Part shown: piece by piece, positions 30,268-40,721 of the stretch | How positions within the stretch are numbered: the stretch's first letter is position 1 | Layout: each line of letters opens with the position of its first letter | NCBI GenBank assembly: GCA_036444275.1 | Contig: JAZGAD010000006.1 | Coordinates: 1 to 50,590, forward strand | DNA length: 50,590 nucleotides | From: Candidatus Hydrothermarchaeales archaeon | GTDB taxonomy: Archaea; Hydrothermarchaeota; Hydrothermarchaeia; Hydrothermarchaeales; JAZGAD01 | Direction of reading: 5' to 3' | Program-made: the position numbers and the translations under genes | The notes under the pieces: generated by a model | Told to the model about the DNA's origin: nothing | Database searches by the model: none | Seen by the model: the letters and a program-made list of their open reading frames with translations, nothing else

Positions 30268-31932
30268 ATGGTGAGAGCGATGAGGAGCGACGCAGTTAAG
30301 AAAGGGGTTGAGAAGACGCCCCAGAGGAGTCTCTTTAAGGCTATGGGCTATACCGATGAGGAGCTTGAGAAGCCTTTCGTCGGAGTAGTCAACACCTTCA
30401 ACGAGCTCTGCCCCGGGCACATACATCTGCGAGGCATCTCAGAGGCCGTTAAGGCAGGGGTTAGGATGCAGGGCGGCACTCCATTCGAATTTGGTACTAT
30501 AGGAATATGTGATGGTATAGCCATGGGGCACGAGGGCATGAAATATTCTCTACCATCTAGGGAGATAATAGCCGACTCCATAGAGGCCATGGTCGAGGCA
30601 CATCGCATGGATGCATTCGTTGCTGTAGCTTCCTGTGACAAGATAGTGCCAGGAGCATTGATGGCGGCAGCCAGGATAAATATACCCACCATCGTGGTAA
30701 CCGGAGGCCCAATGTTGCCAGGGATCTATAAAGGCGAACACATAGACTTGGTCAGCGGAACCTTCGAGGGTGTAGGGAAACTGCAGGCTGGAGAGATAAC
30801 ACGGGAGGAGCTCAAGGAAATCGAAGACAGCGCTTGTCCTGGCTGCGGGTCCTGCGCAGGTATGTTCACCGCCAACACTATGGCATGTGTAACAGAGGCT
30901 ATGGGTATGTCCCTTCCCTACTGCGCGACTTCTCACGCAGTTGATGCCAAGAAGCTCAGGATAGCGAAATACTCGGGAATGGCGGTGGTAGACCTAATCG
31001 AGAAGGACCTGAAGGCTAGGGATATTATGAGTGATGAAGCCTTTGAGAATGCTGTGAGGATTGACCTCGCCTTAGGAGGCTCAACCAATACCGCGCTACA
31101 TCTCCCCGCAATAGCTCATGAGGCGGGGCTGCAGCTAGATCTAGAGTTCTTTGACAAGCTGAGCAGGGATACTCCACATATATCCAACCTAAAACCTGGT
31201 GGTCCATACAGTTTGCTTGACCTAGAGAGAGCAGGCGGTCTACCGGGTGTGATGAAGCGCCTTGAGGGTAAACTGAACAACTGCATAACAGTCACTGGCA
31301 AAAAGGTGAATGAGAACATCTCTGGAGCTAGAGTCTTGGACCAAGAGGTCATAAGGCCTTTAGATAATCCATTCCACAAGGAAGGGGGTATAGCGGTGCT
31401 CAAGGGCACACTAGCGCCAAAAGGCTCTGTAGTTAAGCAGACGGCAGTAGGCGAGGGCATGATGCATCATATTGGAAAAGCTAGACCCTTTAATTCCGAA
31501 GAAGACGCGGTTGATGCGATAGTAAAGGGAGCTATAGAAGACGGCGACGTTATCGTGATAAGATACGAGGGCCCAAAAGGCGGCCCCGGGATGCGGGAGA
31601 TGCTTTACCCTACCTCGATGCTAGCTGGGATGCACCTTGAGGAGAGCGTCGCTTTGATAACTGATGGTAGGTTCTCTGGAGGTACCAGAGGCCCGTGTAT
31701 AGGCCATGTCTCTCCAGAGGCCGCTGAGGGAGGCCCTATAGCTCTGGTCCGAGAAGGAGATGAGATAGAGATAGATATACCAAAGCGGAGACTCGACCTG
31801 CTGATAAGTGAAGATGAATTGGAGGAAAGAAGAACGAAATGGAAGGCGCCAGAAAAGAAAGCAAAAGGCTATCTCCGCATCTACCAGAGGCTCGTTAGCT
31901 CAGCCAGCGAGGGGGCTAGATTGCTTCTCTAA
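30268..31932 (+). CDS. ilvD: Dihydroxy-acid dehydratase
   Basis: [54 protein letters not shown]. Confidence 0.97.
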   Translation: MVRAMRSDAVKKGVEKTPQRSLFKAMGYTDEELEKPFVGVVNTFNELCPGHIHLRGISEAVKAGVRMQGGTPFEFGTIGICDGIAMGHEGMKYSLPSREIIADSIEAMVEAHRMDAFVAVASCDKIVPGALMAAARINIPTIVVTGGPMLPGIYKGEHIDLVSGTFEGVGKLQAGEITREELKEIEDSACPGCGSCAGMFTANTMACVTEAMGMSLPYCATSHAVDAKKLRIAKYSGMAVVDLIEKDLKARDIMSDEAFENAVRIDLALGGSTNTALHLPAIAHEAGLQLDLEFFDKLSRDTPHISNLKPGGPYSLLDLERAGGLPGVMKRLEGKLNNCITVTGKKVNENISGARVLDQEVIRPLDNPFHKEGGIAVLKGTLAPKGSVVKQTAVGEGMMHHIGKARPFNSEEDAVDAIVKGAIEDGDVIVIRYEGPKGGPGMREMLYPTSMLAGMHLEESVALITDGRFSGGTRGPCIGHVSPEAAEGGPIALVREGDEIEIDIPKRRLDLLISEDELEERRTKWKAPEKKAKGYLRIYQRLVSSASEGARLLL

Positions 31933-31942
31933 CTTATTTTCA

Positions 31943-32191
31943 CTAATCTTCCTCGTAGGCCTCGGTTCCATATAGATCTGCGAGATATTTCCTCTTCTCG
32001 TCAGAAATTTTCGTTTTTTCCCCTTCGACCACCAATATGTCCCAGTGCTTGTGCTTCATGTCTTTAGTTAGCTTATAATCCCTAATCCTAAATTTCTTGA
32101 TAGTTCGTCCACAGCTGGAGCAAGTCAGCACTGTCTTACTCCCCTCGTTTCGTGGGAGCATGAAACTCTTGCACGATGGGCAAAACCTCAA
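31943..32191 (-). CDS. TFS/RpoM-like protein with only the N-terminal zinc ribbon
   Basis: MRFCPSC.S.M.P......L.CSSCG. No C-terminal Zn ribbon or acidic DE hairpin. Confidence 0.7.
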   Translation of the reverse strand: MRFCPSCKSFMLPRNEGSKTVLTCSSCGRTIKKFRIRDYKLTKDMKHKHWDILVVEGEKTKISDEKRKYLADLYGTEAYEED

Positions 32192-32250
32192 GTACGTTCC
32201 CCCGACTTTTTGGTTATATCTAATTTAACTTGTAACGATGATAATTCTTT

Positions 32251-32634
32251 TTAGAAACTAAAATTAGAAAGATAGAAGCAGGTTCCTTTATAATTCACGA
32301 GCTTTCCTCTGCATACAGGGTCCGTAGACAAGGGCTTTATAATCAGGTCCGCGCCAACGCTGCGGGCGATATCCTCTATAAAAACATAGAGTTCTGGCGG
32401 AGGTCTAAGGGCGTAGATGAGACCTGCTCCCTCGTAGATACGCATATCCGGCTTGGTGACATCGTCTCTCACTGCCCCTTTTCTGGGTTCGATGTCAGTA
32501 GCTATAGCTCTCATACCCTTCATTTCGAGTTCTTGGAAGACCCTTGAATCACTACCCATTCCTATTTCTACTATCTTAGTCCCCTTGTACTTCTTGATTA
32601 TATACCCTGCGAAGTCTTTAAAATCCTCAGCCAC
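32251..32634 (-). CDS. UPF0146 family protein
   Basis: KIVEIG.G, ATDI, DDV..P...IY.GA.LIY..RPPPEL, ADLIIKPL. GTG start after AGGTGA. Confidence 0.8.
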   Translation of the reverse strand: MAEDFKDFAGYIIKKYKGTKIVEIGMGSDSRVFQELEMKGMRAIATDIEPRKGAVRDDVTKPDMRIYEGAGLIYALRPPPELYVFIEDIARSVGADLIIKPLSTDPVCRGKLVNYKGTCFYLSNFSF

Positions 32635-32644
32635 GTAATCACCT

Positions 32645-33166
32645 ATGATGATAGAGCTGGTTACCTTCAGTGAGATAGAGGATAAGCTTATAGACGATTT
32701 ATGCGGGGGAATAAAAAATATTTTCGGTTCCTGCAGTGTTTTGGAATGCAAACTCGATGTACCAGAAGATGCCTATGACAAACTGCGAAAGCAATACGAA
32801 TCAGGCCCCTTTCTAGTTGCTCTTATGAAATATTCAGAGCCCCAGAGAGACAAGATACTGGGAGTAACAAGGGAAGACATATTCACACATGGGATGAACT
32901 TCATCTTCGGCCATGCCTACGTTGGGGGAGAAGTTTGCATTTTATCCGTTCATAGGCTTGATCCACGCTTTTATGGGCAGGAGGATTACCCGCTGTTCTT
33001 AGAGCGATGTATAAAGGAGGCTGTCCATGAGCTGGGGCATTGTTTCGGCCTAGGGCACTGCGACGAAAGTTGTGCGATGGCTTTCTCAAATAATATTCGG
33101 GCTGTGGATAAGAAGCATCTAGATTTTTGTAAAGATTGCGGGAATAGTATACGGAGGCAGGGATGA
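32645..33166 (+). CDS. amzA: Archaemetzincin (peptidase M54)
   Basis: HELGHCFGLGHC...CAM.FS......D.K...FC..C. Confidence 0.9.
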   Translation: MMIELVTFSEIEDKLIDDLCGGIKNIFGSCSVLECKLDVPEDAYDKLRKQYESGPFLVALMKYSEPQRDKILGVTREDIFTHGMNFIFGHAYVGGEVCILSVHRLDPRFYGQEDYPLFLERCIKEAVHELGHCFGLGHCDESCAMAFSNNIRAVDKKHLDFCKDCGNSIRRQG

Positions 33167-33615
33167 TAGTTATTAGAAACTTTAGGCCAGCTGATCTTGG
33201 CAGAATTTATGGCATTGAGCAGAAGTCCTTCAAGGATCCATATCATGTCGTATTCCTCATGAATCTCTACGAGTTATACCCTGAGGGCTTCTTTGTGGCT
33301 GAGAAGAACAGCTTAGTGGCGGGCTACGTGATATCCCGAAAGGTTGGTGCGAGTGGACACATTTTAGCCATAGCTGTGGCGCAAGAGCACAGGAGGGGGG
33401 GTATAGGCAGAGCGTTAATGGAGCAGGTTATAAGGCATTTTCTAAGCCTAGGGATAAAGGACATATGGTTAGAAGTCCGGGTATCCAATGAAGTGGCAAT
33501 AAGATTCTACAATGAGTTGGGCTTCAATATACAAAAGAGAGCGAAGGCATATTACTCAGATGGAGAGGATGCAGTTGTCCTGGAGAGGAAGTTCGCAGGA
33601 GAAAATCTAGTTTAA
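33163..33615 (+). CDS. rimI: RimI/Ard1-family GNAT N-acetyltransferase
   Basis: GHILAIAV...R.GGIG, LEVRVSN..AI.FY, YYSDGEDA. Confidence 0.88.
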   Translation: MIVIRNFRPADLGRIYGIEQKSFKDPYHVVFLMNLYELYPEGFFVAEKNSLVAGYVISRKVGASGHILAIAVAQEHRRGGIGRALMEQVIRHFLSLGIKDIWLEVRVSNEVAIRFYNELGFNIQKRAKAYYSDGEDAVVLERKFAGENLV

Positions 33616-33735
33616 TCAAGTATACAGCACAGCATACACTACATTAATTATTGCTAAGGGTACTTGCGAACCCATTGGCTTCTTTCTTGCATATAAGAAA
33701 AGCGGGAGGGATCGAATGAGGGGAAAGGAAGGTCC

Positions 33736-35025
33736 TTATCCCTCGACACCTAGATCCCGCGGGGTAAGGAGTTTTAGGTTCCTAGGAATCTTGGATATCG
33801 TGCCTACCTTTGCACCAACCAAGTACTCGATGCCTTTCGTTCCTGCTATCTCCACCAGCCTTTGGGTTACCACGCCGTCGAAGATGACAGCGGATACCTG
33901 TTTGTCGGAATTCTTTAAGGCTGCAGCAAGATCCCTGACTGCCACTTCTTTGAGGATCTCGTTCTTCTGGTCAAGCAGATATGCCTTTAATGTTCCGGCG
34001 AGAGGCGCGAACAGCTCCTTGTATCTCTCCCTATGCGGAATAGGGATCTTACTTTTCACTTCTACTTCTACCTTCTTTTCTCTTAGCACTTCTACCTTCT
34101 TTTCTCTTAGCACTTCTACCTTCTTTTCACTCCGCACATCTTCTTTTACCAGTGCCTTACTCGTTACTCTTCCCCCTACGCCTGCCGTAGGAGTGGCTAA
34201 ACTGCCAAAGACCTGCTCGGCTGGTATCTTATTCCTCAGGGATTTGAAGATCTCTTTTTTGGAGAGCTCTTCTACTTCCTTGTCATTTGGAGCTCTAGCT
34301 ACGAAGTCCACTTCAGCAACCTGGAGGAGCTCCCTAAGGATGAGTTCTCCCCCTCGGTCCCCATCGGTGAACACCGTAACAGTCTTTTCCCTACTCAGGT
34401 CTACTACGCTTTTTGGAATGTTTGTGCCCTCGACAGCGATGGCATTTTTTATCCCATATCTCAACAGCTTGAGGACGTCAGCTCTTCCCTCCACAACTAT
34501 CACGGCGTCAGATTCATTTATATTCGGTCCAGCTGGCAACTGATCCTTCCCGTATTTCCTTATCTCATGTTGCCTTATGGACTCGGTGACTTCCTCTGTT
34601 ATCTCTAGGGTGTCTGGCGTTATCTCCTCTATCATTGTTGCTAGGATATCTTTGGCTCTCTCGACGACTTTTCTCCTCTTGGATATTCGGACGTCTTCAA
34701 TGCCCTCCACTCCTATGTTTGCCTCGCAGGGGCCGACCCTGTCTATTGTTTCAAGAGCCGACGCTAAAATTGCTGTCTCCACCTTGTCTAGACTGGAGGG
34801 AATATTTATGATCCCTTTAGATTTCCCTCCCTTTGATTCTATCTGTACCTCTATTCTCCCTATTCTCCCGGTCTTCTGGAGCTCCCTCAGATCCAAACCG
34901 TTGCCTAAAAGCCCCTCAGTTTGTCCGAAGACCGCTCCAACTACATCGGGCTTCTCCACTATGCCGTTAGCCTCGATCTTGGTGTGGATAACGTATTTAG
35001 TGGTACCCATATCAATTTTACCCAT
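33736..35025 (-). CDS. dnaG: Archaeal DnaG-type primase / exosome-associated protein
   Basis: DVVGAVFGQTEGLLG..LDLRELQKTGRIGRI, VVEGRADV, DGDRGG, DG.VTQRL. Confidence 0.95.
   Translation of the reverse strand: MGKIDMGTTKYVIHTKIEANGIVEKPDVVGAVFGQTEGLLGNGLDLRELQKTGRIGRIEVQIESKGGKSKGIINIPSSLDKVETAILASALETIDRVGPCEANIGVEGIEDVRISKRRKVVERAKDILATMIEEITPDTLEITEEVTESIRQHEIRKYGKDQLPAGPNINESDAVIVVEGRADVLKLLRYGIKNAIAVEGTNIPKSVVDLSREKTVTVFTDGDRGGELILRELLQVAEVDFVARAPNDKEVEELSKKEIFKSLRNKIPAEQVFGSLATPTAGVGGRVTSKALVKEDVRSEKKVEVLREKKVEVLREKKVEVEVKSKIPIPHRERYKELFAPLAGTLKAYLLDQKNEILKEVAVRDLAAALKNSDKQVSAVIFDGVVTQRLVEIAGTKGIEYLVGAKVGTISKIPRNLKLLTPRDLGVEG
34064..34128. repeat. 24-bp in-frame tandem repeat (about 2.7 copies) in the dnaG linker
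   Basis: ACTTCTACCTTCTTTTCTCTTAGC repeated; encodes (EKKVEVLR)n. Confidence 0.9.
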
Positions 35026-35289
35026 AGTATTAACCCCCTTATCATTTTTTCATTCTCCATTTTTAACTGCAGTAAAATCCCCCCTTAAAATAGACAAATT
35101 CATTAATCGATGAATGAATGTAAGGATTTACCGCAGTGATGCTTATTATGTGGATGTGCCTATTTTACTCTCACAGTATTTAAATCTTTATCTAACTTCT
35201 CGACTTCCAATGGACTCGATAAGAATTTTTTCTGGCTATGTTTTGGTGAAGATGTATTCCGATGGTATAAGGAGGCTTTCATACCCCTA

Positions 35290-37020
35290 TCAATTAACGA
35301 ACTTATTCCAAACTACCCGCAGAGCCATGCCTATGCCTCTGACGCTCAAGGGATAATTGATGACGTAAAGATTATTAGACCTCTTGGATTCCAGGATCCA
35401 GTAATCCTTATCCAGCTCGGCGTATAGCGGTTTTGCCTGAGTGACGAAGGATACCTCCTCTTTGTGCCCGTCTACGAGTATCCTCTTGGTGCGGCTTCCA
35501 TCTTCTGTGTACAAAGTTATATCCACAGGCATCTTGGAGAGATCGCCCTCTTGACTGATTTTAATCTTGGTAATATACTCATATCCGCTAGAACTCTTTC
35601 CCACAAGCACCTCCTCCAATGCATAATCAGGCAGCGTTGTCCCCCTGATCCATTCGTCGAAGAACCAAGTCATATCCTCTCCCTGTACTCCATTAACGAT
35701 ACCTTCAAAATCCTCAATACTCGCGCTTTTACCCTTATACTCCTGCAAGTAGGTTTCAATTACCTGGTAGAAGGCGTCATCTCCCATGGCAGAGCGGAGC
35801 ATATGCAATACGAAGGCCCCCTTGCCGTATATAGTGGCGTGATAAAGCCCCGTAGTATAGTCCTCCTCCACCGTAGAGATTGTTGTTCCAGCACCTACCT
35901 TGAGGTATTCCTGCCGCTTCTCTTTAAGGGAGCGTATCATTGTATCTCTACCGTGCTCCTGCTCCAAGTAGAGGAGACTTGAATAAGTAGCAAGTCCCTC
36001 ATGTAGCCAGAGATCATTTGCGTCTCCCGCTTCTACCCCCTGGAGAGGGATTCTTAAAGGCTGCAGGTTATAACCCTTGTTGACCGAGACCATGGCACCC
36101 CACCAAGTATGAGCTATCTCATGGGCCAAAAGCTCTTCTGATCCATCTCTCAGAACGCTGGGGTGAAGCATGATCAGGCCCATTGCTCCATGCCCCCCAA
36201 AGAAGAATTCAGGCATCTCTATTACAGTAAACCTAGCATATGGGTAGCCGCCGAAGCGTGGGGAATAAAAATCTAGAACACGTTCAACGCCAGAGACGCA
36301 GTTCTCAGCTAGATACGTCTCTCTTGGATTGAGGTAGCAGGAGACCTCGATTAATCGGATACCTCCCCGTTCCGCCACCCATGCGTGAGGACCATCATAC
36401 GACCTTGCAGTGTCAGAGATGAAGACCACGCTCGACCTTTCCTCATACTCTCCAGCTGCGAAAGATACCCCCTGCACAGTGTCTTCGATTCTCCAGAGGA
36501 ATTCTGTAAACTCTCCTTTGTCTGTTACCTCTACTAATTCCCCTACGGTTATCGCTTTGTAGGCATTCGGTACCGCAATGGATACACTGGCTGTAGCTCT
36601 ATCACCGAAGAGTATGGGGTACCAGGCAGCACGATAGATCATGTAGCTCACTTCTCCTGGTTCGCCGATATAACCCACGACTAGACCCCCAAACCTGATC
36701 AAGGGCTTGGAATTAGTGTACTTGACCTCTACTTCCACCTCACCAGTCTGATGCATTGGAAAAACAAGGATATTGCCCTCATGTTTAAAGGAAACGTATT
36801 TTCCTCCGACTGTAATCTCATCCACCGACATCTCCTTATTTAATATTAGCTCCACATCCGTGATTGCATCTACCTCAATAAGCAAAGAGGCTACGGCCCC
36901 CATACTCTGTCCCGCGGGTACTAGCTTGACTTGTAGATCATAGTGCAGTATATCCACTCCTCCCCCGGCATAGACTAAAGGCAAAGTTAACAGGACCACG
37001 AGCAGTGCCAAGGACTTCAT
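35290..37020 (-). CDS. Secreted M1-family zinc aminopeptidase-like protein
   Basis: Signal peptide, HEIAHTWWG, WLHEGLATY, Y.KGA.VLHMLR..MGD..F. Confidence 0.85.
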   Translation of the reverse strand: MKSLALLVVLLTLPLVYAGGGVDILHYDLQVKLVPAGQSMGAVASLLIEVDAITDVELILNKEMSVDEITVGGKYVSFKHEGNILVFPMHQTGEVEVEVKYTNSKPLIRFGGLVVGYIGEPGEVSYMIYRAAWYPILFGDRATASVSIAVPNAYKAITVGELVEVTDKGEFTEFLWRIEDTVQGVSFAAGEYEERSSVVFISDTARSYDGPHAWVAERGGIRLIEVSCYLNPRETYLAENCVSGVERVLDFYSPRFGGYPYARFTVIEMPEFFFGGHGAMGLIMLHPSVLRDGSEELLAHEIAHTWWGAMVSVNKGYNLQPLRIPLQGVEAGDANDLWLHEGLATYSSLLYLEQEHGRDTMIRSLKEKRQEYLKVGAGTTISTVEEDYTTGLYHATIYGKGAFVLHMLRSAMGDDAFYQVIETYLQEYKGKSASIEDFEGIVNGVQGEDMTWFFDEWIRGTTLPDYALEEVLVGKSSSGYEYITKIKISQEGDLSKMPVDITLYTEDGSRTKRILVDGHKEEVSFVTQAKPLYAELDKDYWILESKRSNNLYVINYPLSVRGIGMALRVVWNKFVN

Positions 37021-37147
37021 GATTCACCTTTAGGGTTCTACTCTTATTCCTTCCCTTCCTTTGATTATACTTAAGACTTATAGTTAGTACTATCTATTTT
37101 GTCTATTCCAAATATTTAAACAATAGGCCAGTTACATTAAGTTCAAC

Positions 37148-37819
37148 TTGGAAACGATAGGAGTGATAATCCTGAGGCCGAGAGTTATTCTTAACGCCGG
37201 TATGACCCTGGATGGCAAGATAGCCACGAAATCTGGGAACTCTGAGATATCAAGCAAAGAAGACCTAGAGAGGGTGCACCTCATCAGGAAGGAGGTCGAC
37301 GCAGTAATGGTAGGTGCGAATACCATCCTAGTAGATGATCCTCGTTTGACAGTGCATAAAGTGCCTGGCGAAGGCAAAAATCCGACACGCATCGTCGTAG
37401 ACAGCCGGGCTAGGATACCCTTGAGCGCTAGGGTCTTCAGCAGCGATGCTAAGACGATAATAGCTGTCTCCAAGAGGGCTGACCAGGAGAGATTGGAGGA
37501 GATAAAGAAGAAAGCGGGGATAGTAGTATGCGGAAAAGAGCTTGTGGACCTGCAGTGCTTGATGGAAGAGCTATGGAAAAAAGGGATAAGGACACTTTTA
37601 CTGGAGGGTGGAGGCACCTTGAACTGGAGCATGCTCAAGGCAGGCTTGGTGGACGAGGTCAGAGTTGCTATTGCCCCGAGGCTGGTAGGAGGCAAGGAAG
37701 CCGTTACTTTGGTTGATGGTGAAGGCTTCGATTTGGTGAAAGAAGGAGTAAAATTGAAGATAACTAGACACTACCCATTGGGGGAGGATTTCATCCTGGA
37801 ATATGAAGTGATTCACTGA
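37148..37819 (+). CDS. arfC: 2,5-diamino-6-ribosylamino-4(3H)-pyrimidinone 5'-phosphate reductase (start uncertain, possibly CTG at 37172)
   Basis: M.LDGKIAT, DAVMVG..T...DDP.LT, NP.RIVVDS, LLEGGGTLNW. Confidence 0.88.
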   Translation: METIGVIILRPRVILNAGMTLDGKIATKSGNSEISSKEDLERVHLIRKEVDAVMVGANTILVDDPRLTVHKVPGEGKNPTRIVVDSRARIPLSARVFSSDAKTIIAVSKRADQERLEEIKKKAGIVVCGKELVDLQCLMEELWKKGIRTLLLEGGGTLNWSMLKAGLVDEVRVAIAPRLVGGKEAVTLVDGEGFDLVKEGVKLKITRHYPLGEDFILEYEVIH

Positions 37820-37882
37820 CGGTACTAACATTACTAGACTAGGGCTTAAAGTACTTATATTCACTTTAGCAGAGTAAGTATT

Positions 37883-39010
37883 ATGATCACAGTCATAGGC
37901 ACCGCTCATATCTCCCAAGACAGTATAGACGAAGTGAGGGAGAAGATCCTGGAATTAAAGCCAGATATCGTAGCGGTGGAGCTCTGCGAACAGCGATACA
38001 GGGCACTAGTAGAGCATCGAGATGTACCTATATTAGAGCTCGTCAAGGGCAAGAACTCTTTCTTACTCTTATCTAATATACTTTTATCGTTCCTCCAGCG
38101 CAAGCTCGGAGAAGAAGTAGGAGTCAAGCCGGGGGAAGAGATGCTTACTGCGGTAGAGGCAGCGAGAGAAGTAGGAGCCAGCTATGCCTTGATAGACAGG
38201 GACATCAGGATCACACTTGGTAGAGCAACAGCCAAGACAGGCGTCATAGAGAAGCTGCGCGTGCTCAAGGAGATGTTCTCTGCATTCGCGTTTTCCAAAG
38301 GCGATATAGAAGAGGAGATAGAAGAATTAAAAAAAGAAGGTAATGTGGCCGAGATACTAGAGAGCTTCCGGGAGACCGCCCCAAATCTCTACAAGGTGCT
38401 GGTTGGTGAGAGGGATGCATATATGGCGAAACGTATCCTAAGCTTGGATTCCGAGAACGTTGTAGTCGTAGTAGGAGCCGGGCATAAAACTGGTGTGGAA
38501 AACTATATTCAGAATCCAGACACAATCCCTGATACAACTGAGCTTCTAGAAGTGCCCAAGGGACTCAGCGTCTTCAAAGTCCTTAAATACGCCCTTCCAG
38601 CCCTCATAGTCGCTATTTTCCTTTTGGCTTTCCAGAAGGGGGTGCCACTCAAAGGCCCGCTTGGGCTCTGGATATTGAATCATGCCTTGCCAACATTCCT
38701 AGCTGTTCTACTAGCTAGAGGTAGCTTGGCGGCAGCTGGAGTGGGAATGCTTGCTTCCCCACTAACATCCTTGAACCCCCTCCTCGCTGCAGGCTGGTTC
38801 GCTGGTTTGACAGAGATGAAGGTTAAACGCGTAACCGTCGGAGATGTCTCAGAGATGTTCGATGCTACTGGCTTCAGAGAGCTCTACAGGAACCGCGCCT
38901 TCACGGTGTTACTCGTTACAGCCTTTGCGAATTTGGGAAGTTTAATAGGCACTTTCATATCTTTTCCAACAATAATATTACCCATGTTAAGAAGCGTATT
39001 CGGAGGATAA
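37883..39010 (+). CDS. TraB/PrgY family protein
   Basis: GTAHIS..S, VAVELC..R, PG.EM..A, DR.I..TL, ERD.YMA, VVGAGH, C-terminal TM helices. Confidence 0.88.
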   Translation: MITVIGTAHISQDSIDEVREKILELKPDIVAVELCEQRYRALVEHRDVPILELVKGKNSFLLLSNILLSFLQRKLGEEVGVKPGEEMLTAVEAAREVGASYALIDRDIRITLGRATAKTGVIEKLRVLKEMFSAFAFSKGDIEEEIEELKKEGNVAEILESFRETAPNLYKVLVGERDAYMAKRILSLDSENVVVVVGAGHKTGVENYIQNPDTIPDTTELLEVPKGLSVFKVLKYALPALIVAIFLLAFQKGVPLKGPLGLWILNHALPTFLAVLLARGSLAAAGVGMLASPLTSLNPLLAAGWFAGLTEMKVKRVTVGDVSEMFDATGFRELYRNRAFTVLLVTAFANLGSLIGTFISFPTIILPMLRSVFGG

Positions 39011-39011
39011 T

Positions 39012-39398
39012 ATGAGGTTCATTAGTTTCATAAAGTTCTATGTGATGATGGTAGCATTCCTCTTCATCTTATACTCCCTCTACGATTTGGGGCTGAAGAG
39101 GGAAATATTCCTGTTCCTGGCGCTATCTCTTCTCTCACCAACCCTGTTCAAGGGGGCGATTAAAGCGAGGGGTATCAAGAGAGGCGACATGGTCCTGATA
39201 TCAATGACACGGGAGGATGCATTCGGCTCATATGTCCAGAAGATTCCTGCCAGAGCCCTTACTAATGGGAGGCTCGGTGATGTGATCGAACTCGAGTATG
39301 GGGATAAAAAGGCTAGCGGGGAGATAACAAGCTATGGTGGGTTCATTTTCCCGCCAGATGTAAATCTCCTGTACTATGAGAAGATAGTCAATATATGA
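39012..39398 (+). CDS. Hypothetical membrane protein
   Basis: Two N-terminal hydrophobic segments; in an operon between the TraB and M50 protease genes. Confidence 0.65.
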   Translation: MRFISFIKFYVMMVAFLFILYSLYDLGLKREIFLFLALSLLSPTLFKGAIKARGIKRGDMVLISMTREDAFGSYVQKIPARALTNGRLGDVIELEYGDKKASGEITSYGGFIFPPDVNLLYYEKIVNI

Positions 39399-39417
39399 AA
39401 TGATGAGGTAAGAAAAG

Positions 39418-39987
39418 ATGCAATTTTCAGAGACGGAAGTAAAGGAGCTAGTAATTTCAGCTGTGGTGATAGGCTTCAGCTTCGCCTGGATAATGCGGGG
39501 CAGCTTCGGAAATTTTTTAGCTGTTTTTGTAGTAATGCTCCTCTCTGTCGGGGCTGCCTTCATCTGCCATGAGCTGGCCCATAAATTCACAGCTCAGCAC
39601 TATGGTTGTTGGGCAGAGTATCGAATGTGGGAGACAGGCTTGATACTTGCTTTCTTCCTCGCGGTTAGCGTTGGCATTGTATTCGCAGCCCCTGGAGCGG
39701 TATACATTACCACTGATTTTTATGGTATATCCAAGGAGAAGAACGGTATAATCTCGGCTTCTGGACCTGTAACGAATCTGATATTAGCGTTGCTTTTCTT
39801 CCCTCTGACGCGTTATACCGGACTCCTAGGAATGCTTGGACACTTCGGTTTTCTAATAAACACGTGGCTGGCATTGTTCAACATGATTCCCTTTCCACCA
39901 CTTGACGGCTCTAAGGTACGCGCGTGGGACTCTCGGGTATGGATAGCAATTACACTTACGTCCTTTATCCTTCTCAGAATCGCTTAA
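39418..39987 (+). CDS. Site-2 protease family (M50) intramembrane metalloprotease
   Basis: HELAH, AAPGAV, GP.TN, FNMIPFPPLDG. Confidence 0.9.
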   Translation: MQFSETEVKELVISAVVIGFSFAWIMRGSFGNFLAVFVVMLLSVGAAFICHELAHKFTAQHYGCWAEYRMWETGLILAFFLAVSVGIVFAAPGAVYITTDFYGISKEKNGIISASGPVTNLILALLFFPLTRYTGLLGMLGHFGFLINTWLALFNMIPFPPLDGSKVRAWDSRVWIAITLTSFILLRIA

Positions 39988-40098
39988 GCTGAGTTTAGCA
40001 GTGAGACTATTTCCCGAGTTTTCTGCGAGATTTTTATTTGTTGGTGAAGTGAAGTAGCTCCTCTAATTGGGATTCCAAATATCTTTAAAGTGGTTAAG

Positions 40099-40112
40099 TT
40101 ATAACGTTATAA
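40099..40112. promoter_or_regulatory. Perfect palindrome, likely vapBC operator
   Basis: TTATAACGTTATAA between the TATA-like TTTAAA and the antitoxin start. Confidence 0.55.
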
Positions 40113-40125
40113 GGATGGTGTAGTT

Positions 40126-40344
40126 ATGTCAGAGGTATTTGAAGCAAAGGTACGTAAGATAGGCAACGCTAGGGGCGTGATAATCCCAAATAATGTCTTA
40201 GAGAAAATTCATGCCATAGAGGGGGATGTGATACAGTTGATGATTCCCATTACAAGGACCAGAAGGTTGAAAGCCCTCAGGAAGGTAGCAGGACGGTACA
40301 CGGGGGCAAAACCCTTCAAGAGGGAGTATGAGGATCGATACTGA
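40126..40344 (+). CDS. vapB: AbrB/MazE-type antitoxin (VapB)
   Basis: KVRKIGN..GVIIP......I...EGD.I. Confidence 0.85.
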   Translation: MSEVFEAKVRKIGNARGVIIPNNVLEKIHAIEGDVIQLMIPITRTRRLKALRKVAGRYTGAKPFKREYEDRY

Positions 40345-40721
40345 TGTTCCTAGACACCACCGTTCTCGTTGAGATCCTTAAGGGCAATGGGGCGGTCGTC
40401 AGCTACGTAGAAAATGTCGCTGAAAGGGAGCCTTTAGTGTTTTCAATTGTGCAAGTTGGGGAGCTTGCTGATTGGTGCTATTCTAATAACTTCGATCCCT
40501 CGAAAATCTTGGATGAAGTAAAGAGCATGGCCACTGTCGCGGGCATCACAGAGAGGATATGTCTCGAAGGCTCGAGGATAAAACATGAGCAGAGGAAGGC
40601 CGGGAAAAGCAATTTTAGCCTTATCGACGGGTTCATCGCCGCCTCTGCAATGGGCTTTGAGCAGAAGCTTCTGACAAATGATGGGGACTTCGAGGGTCTT
40701 GAAAACGCGATTATCCTTTGA
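40344..40721 (+). CDS. vapC: PIN-domain toxin (VapC)
   Basis: FLDT..L, E, SLIDG.IAA.A, LLT.D.DF. Confidence 0.88.
   Translation: MFLDTTVLVEILKGNGAVVSYVENVAEREPLVFSIVQVGELADWCYSNNFDPSKILDEVKSMATVAGITERICLEGSRIKHEQRKAGKSNFSLIDGFIAASAMGFEQKLLTNDGDFEGLENAIIL

Noticed and set aside
33716-35113. Long plus-strand ORFs of 275 and 178 aa
   Set aside because: Antisense shadows of dnaG with no recognisable motifs.
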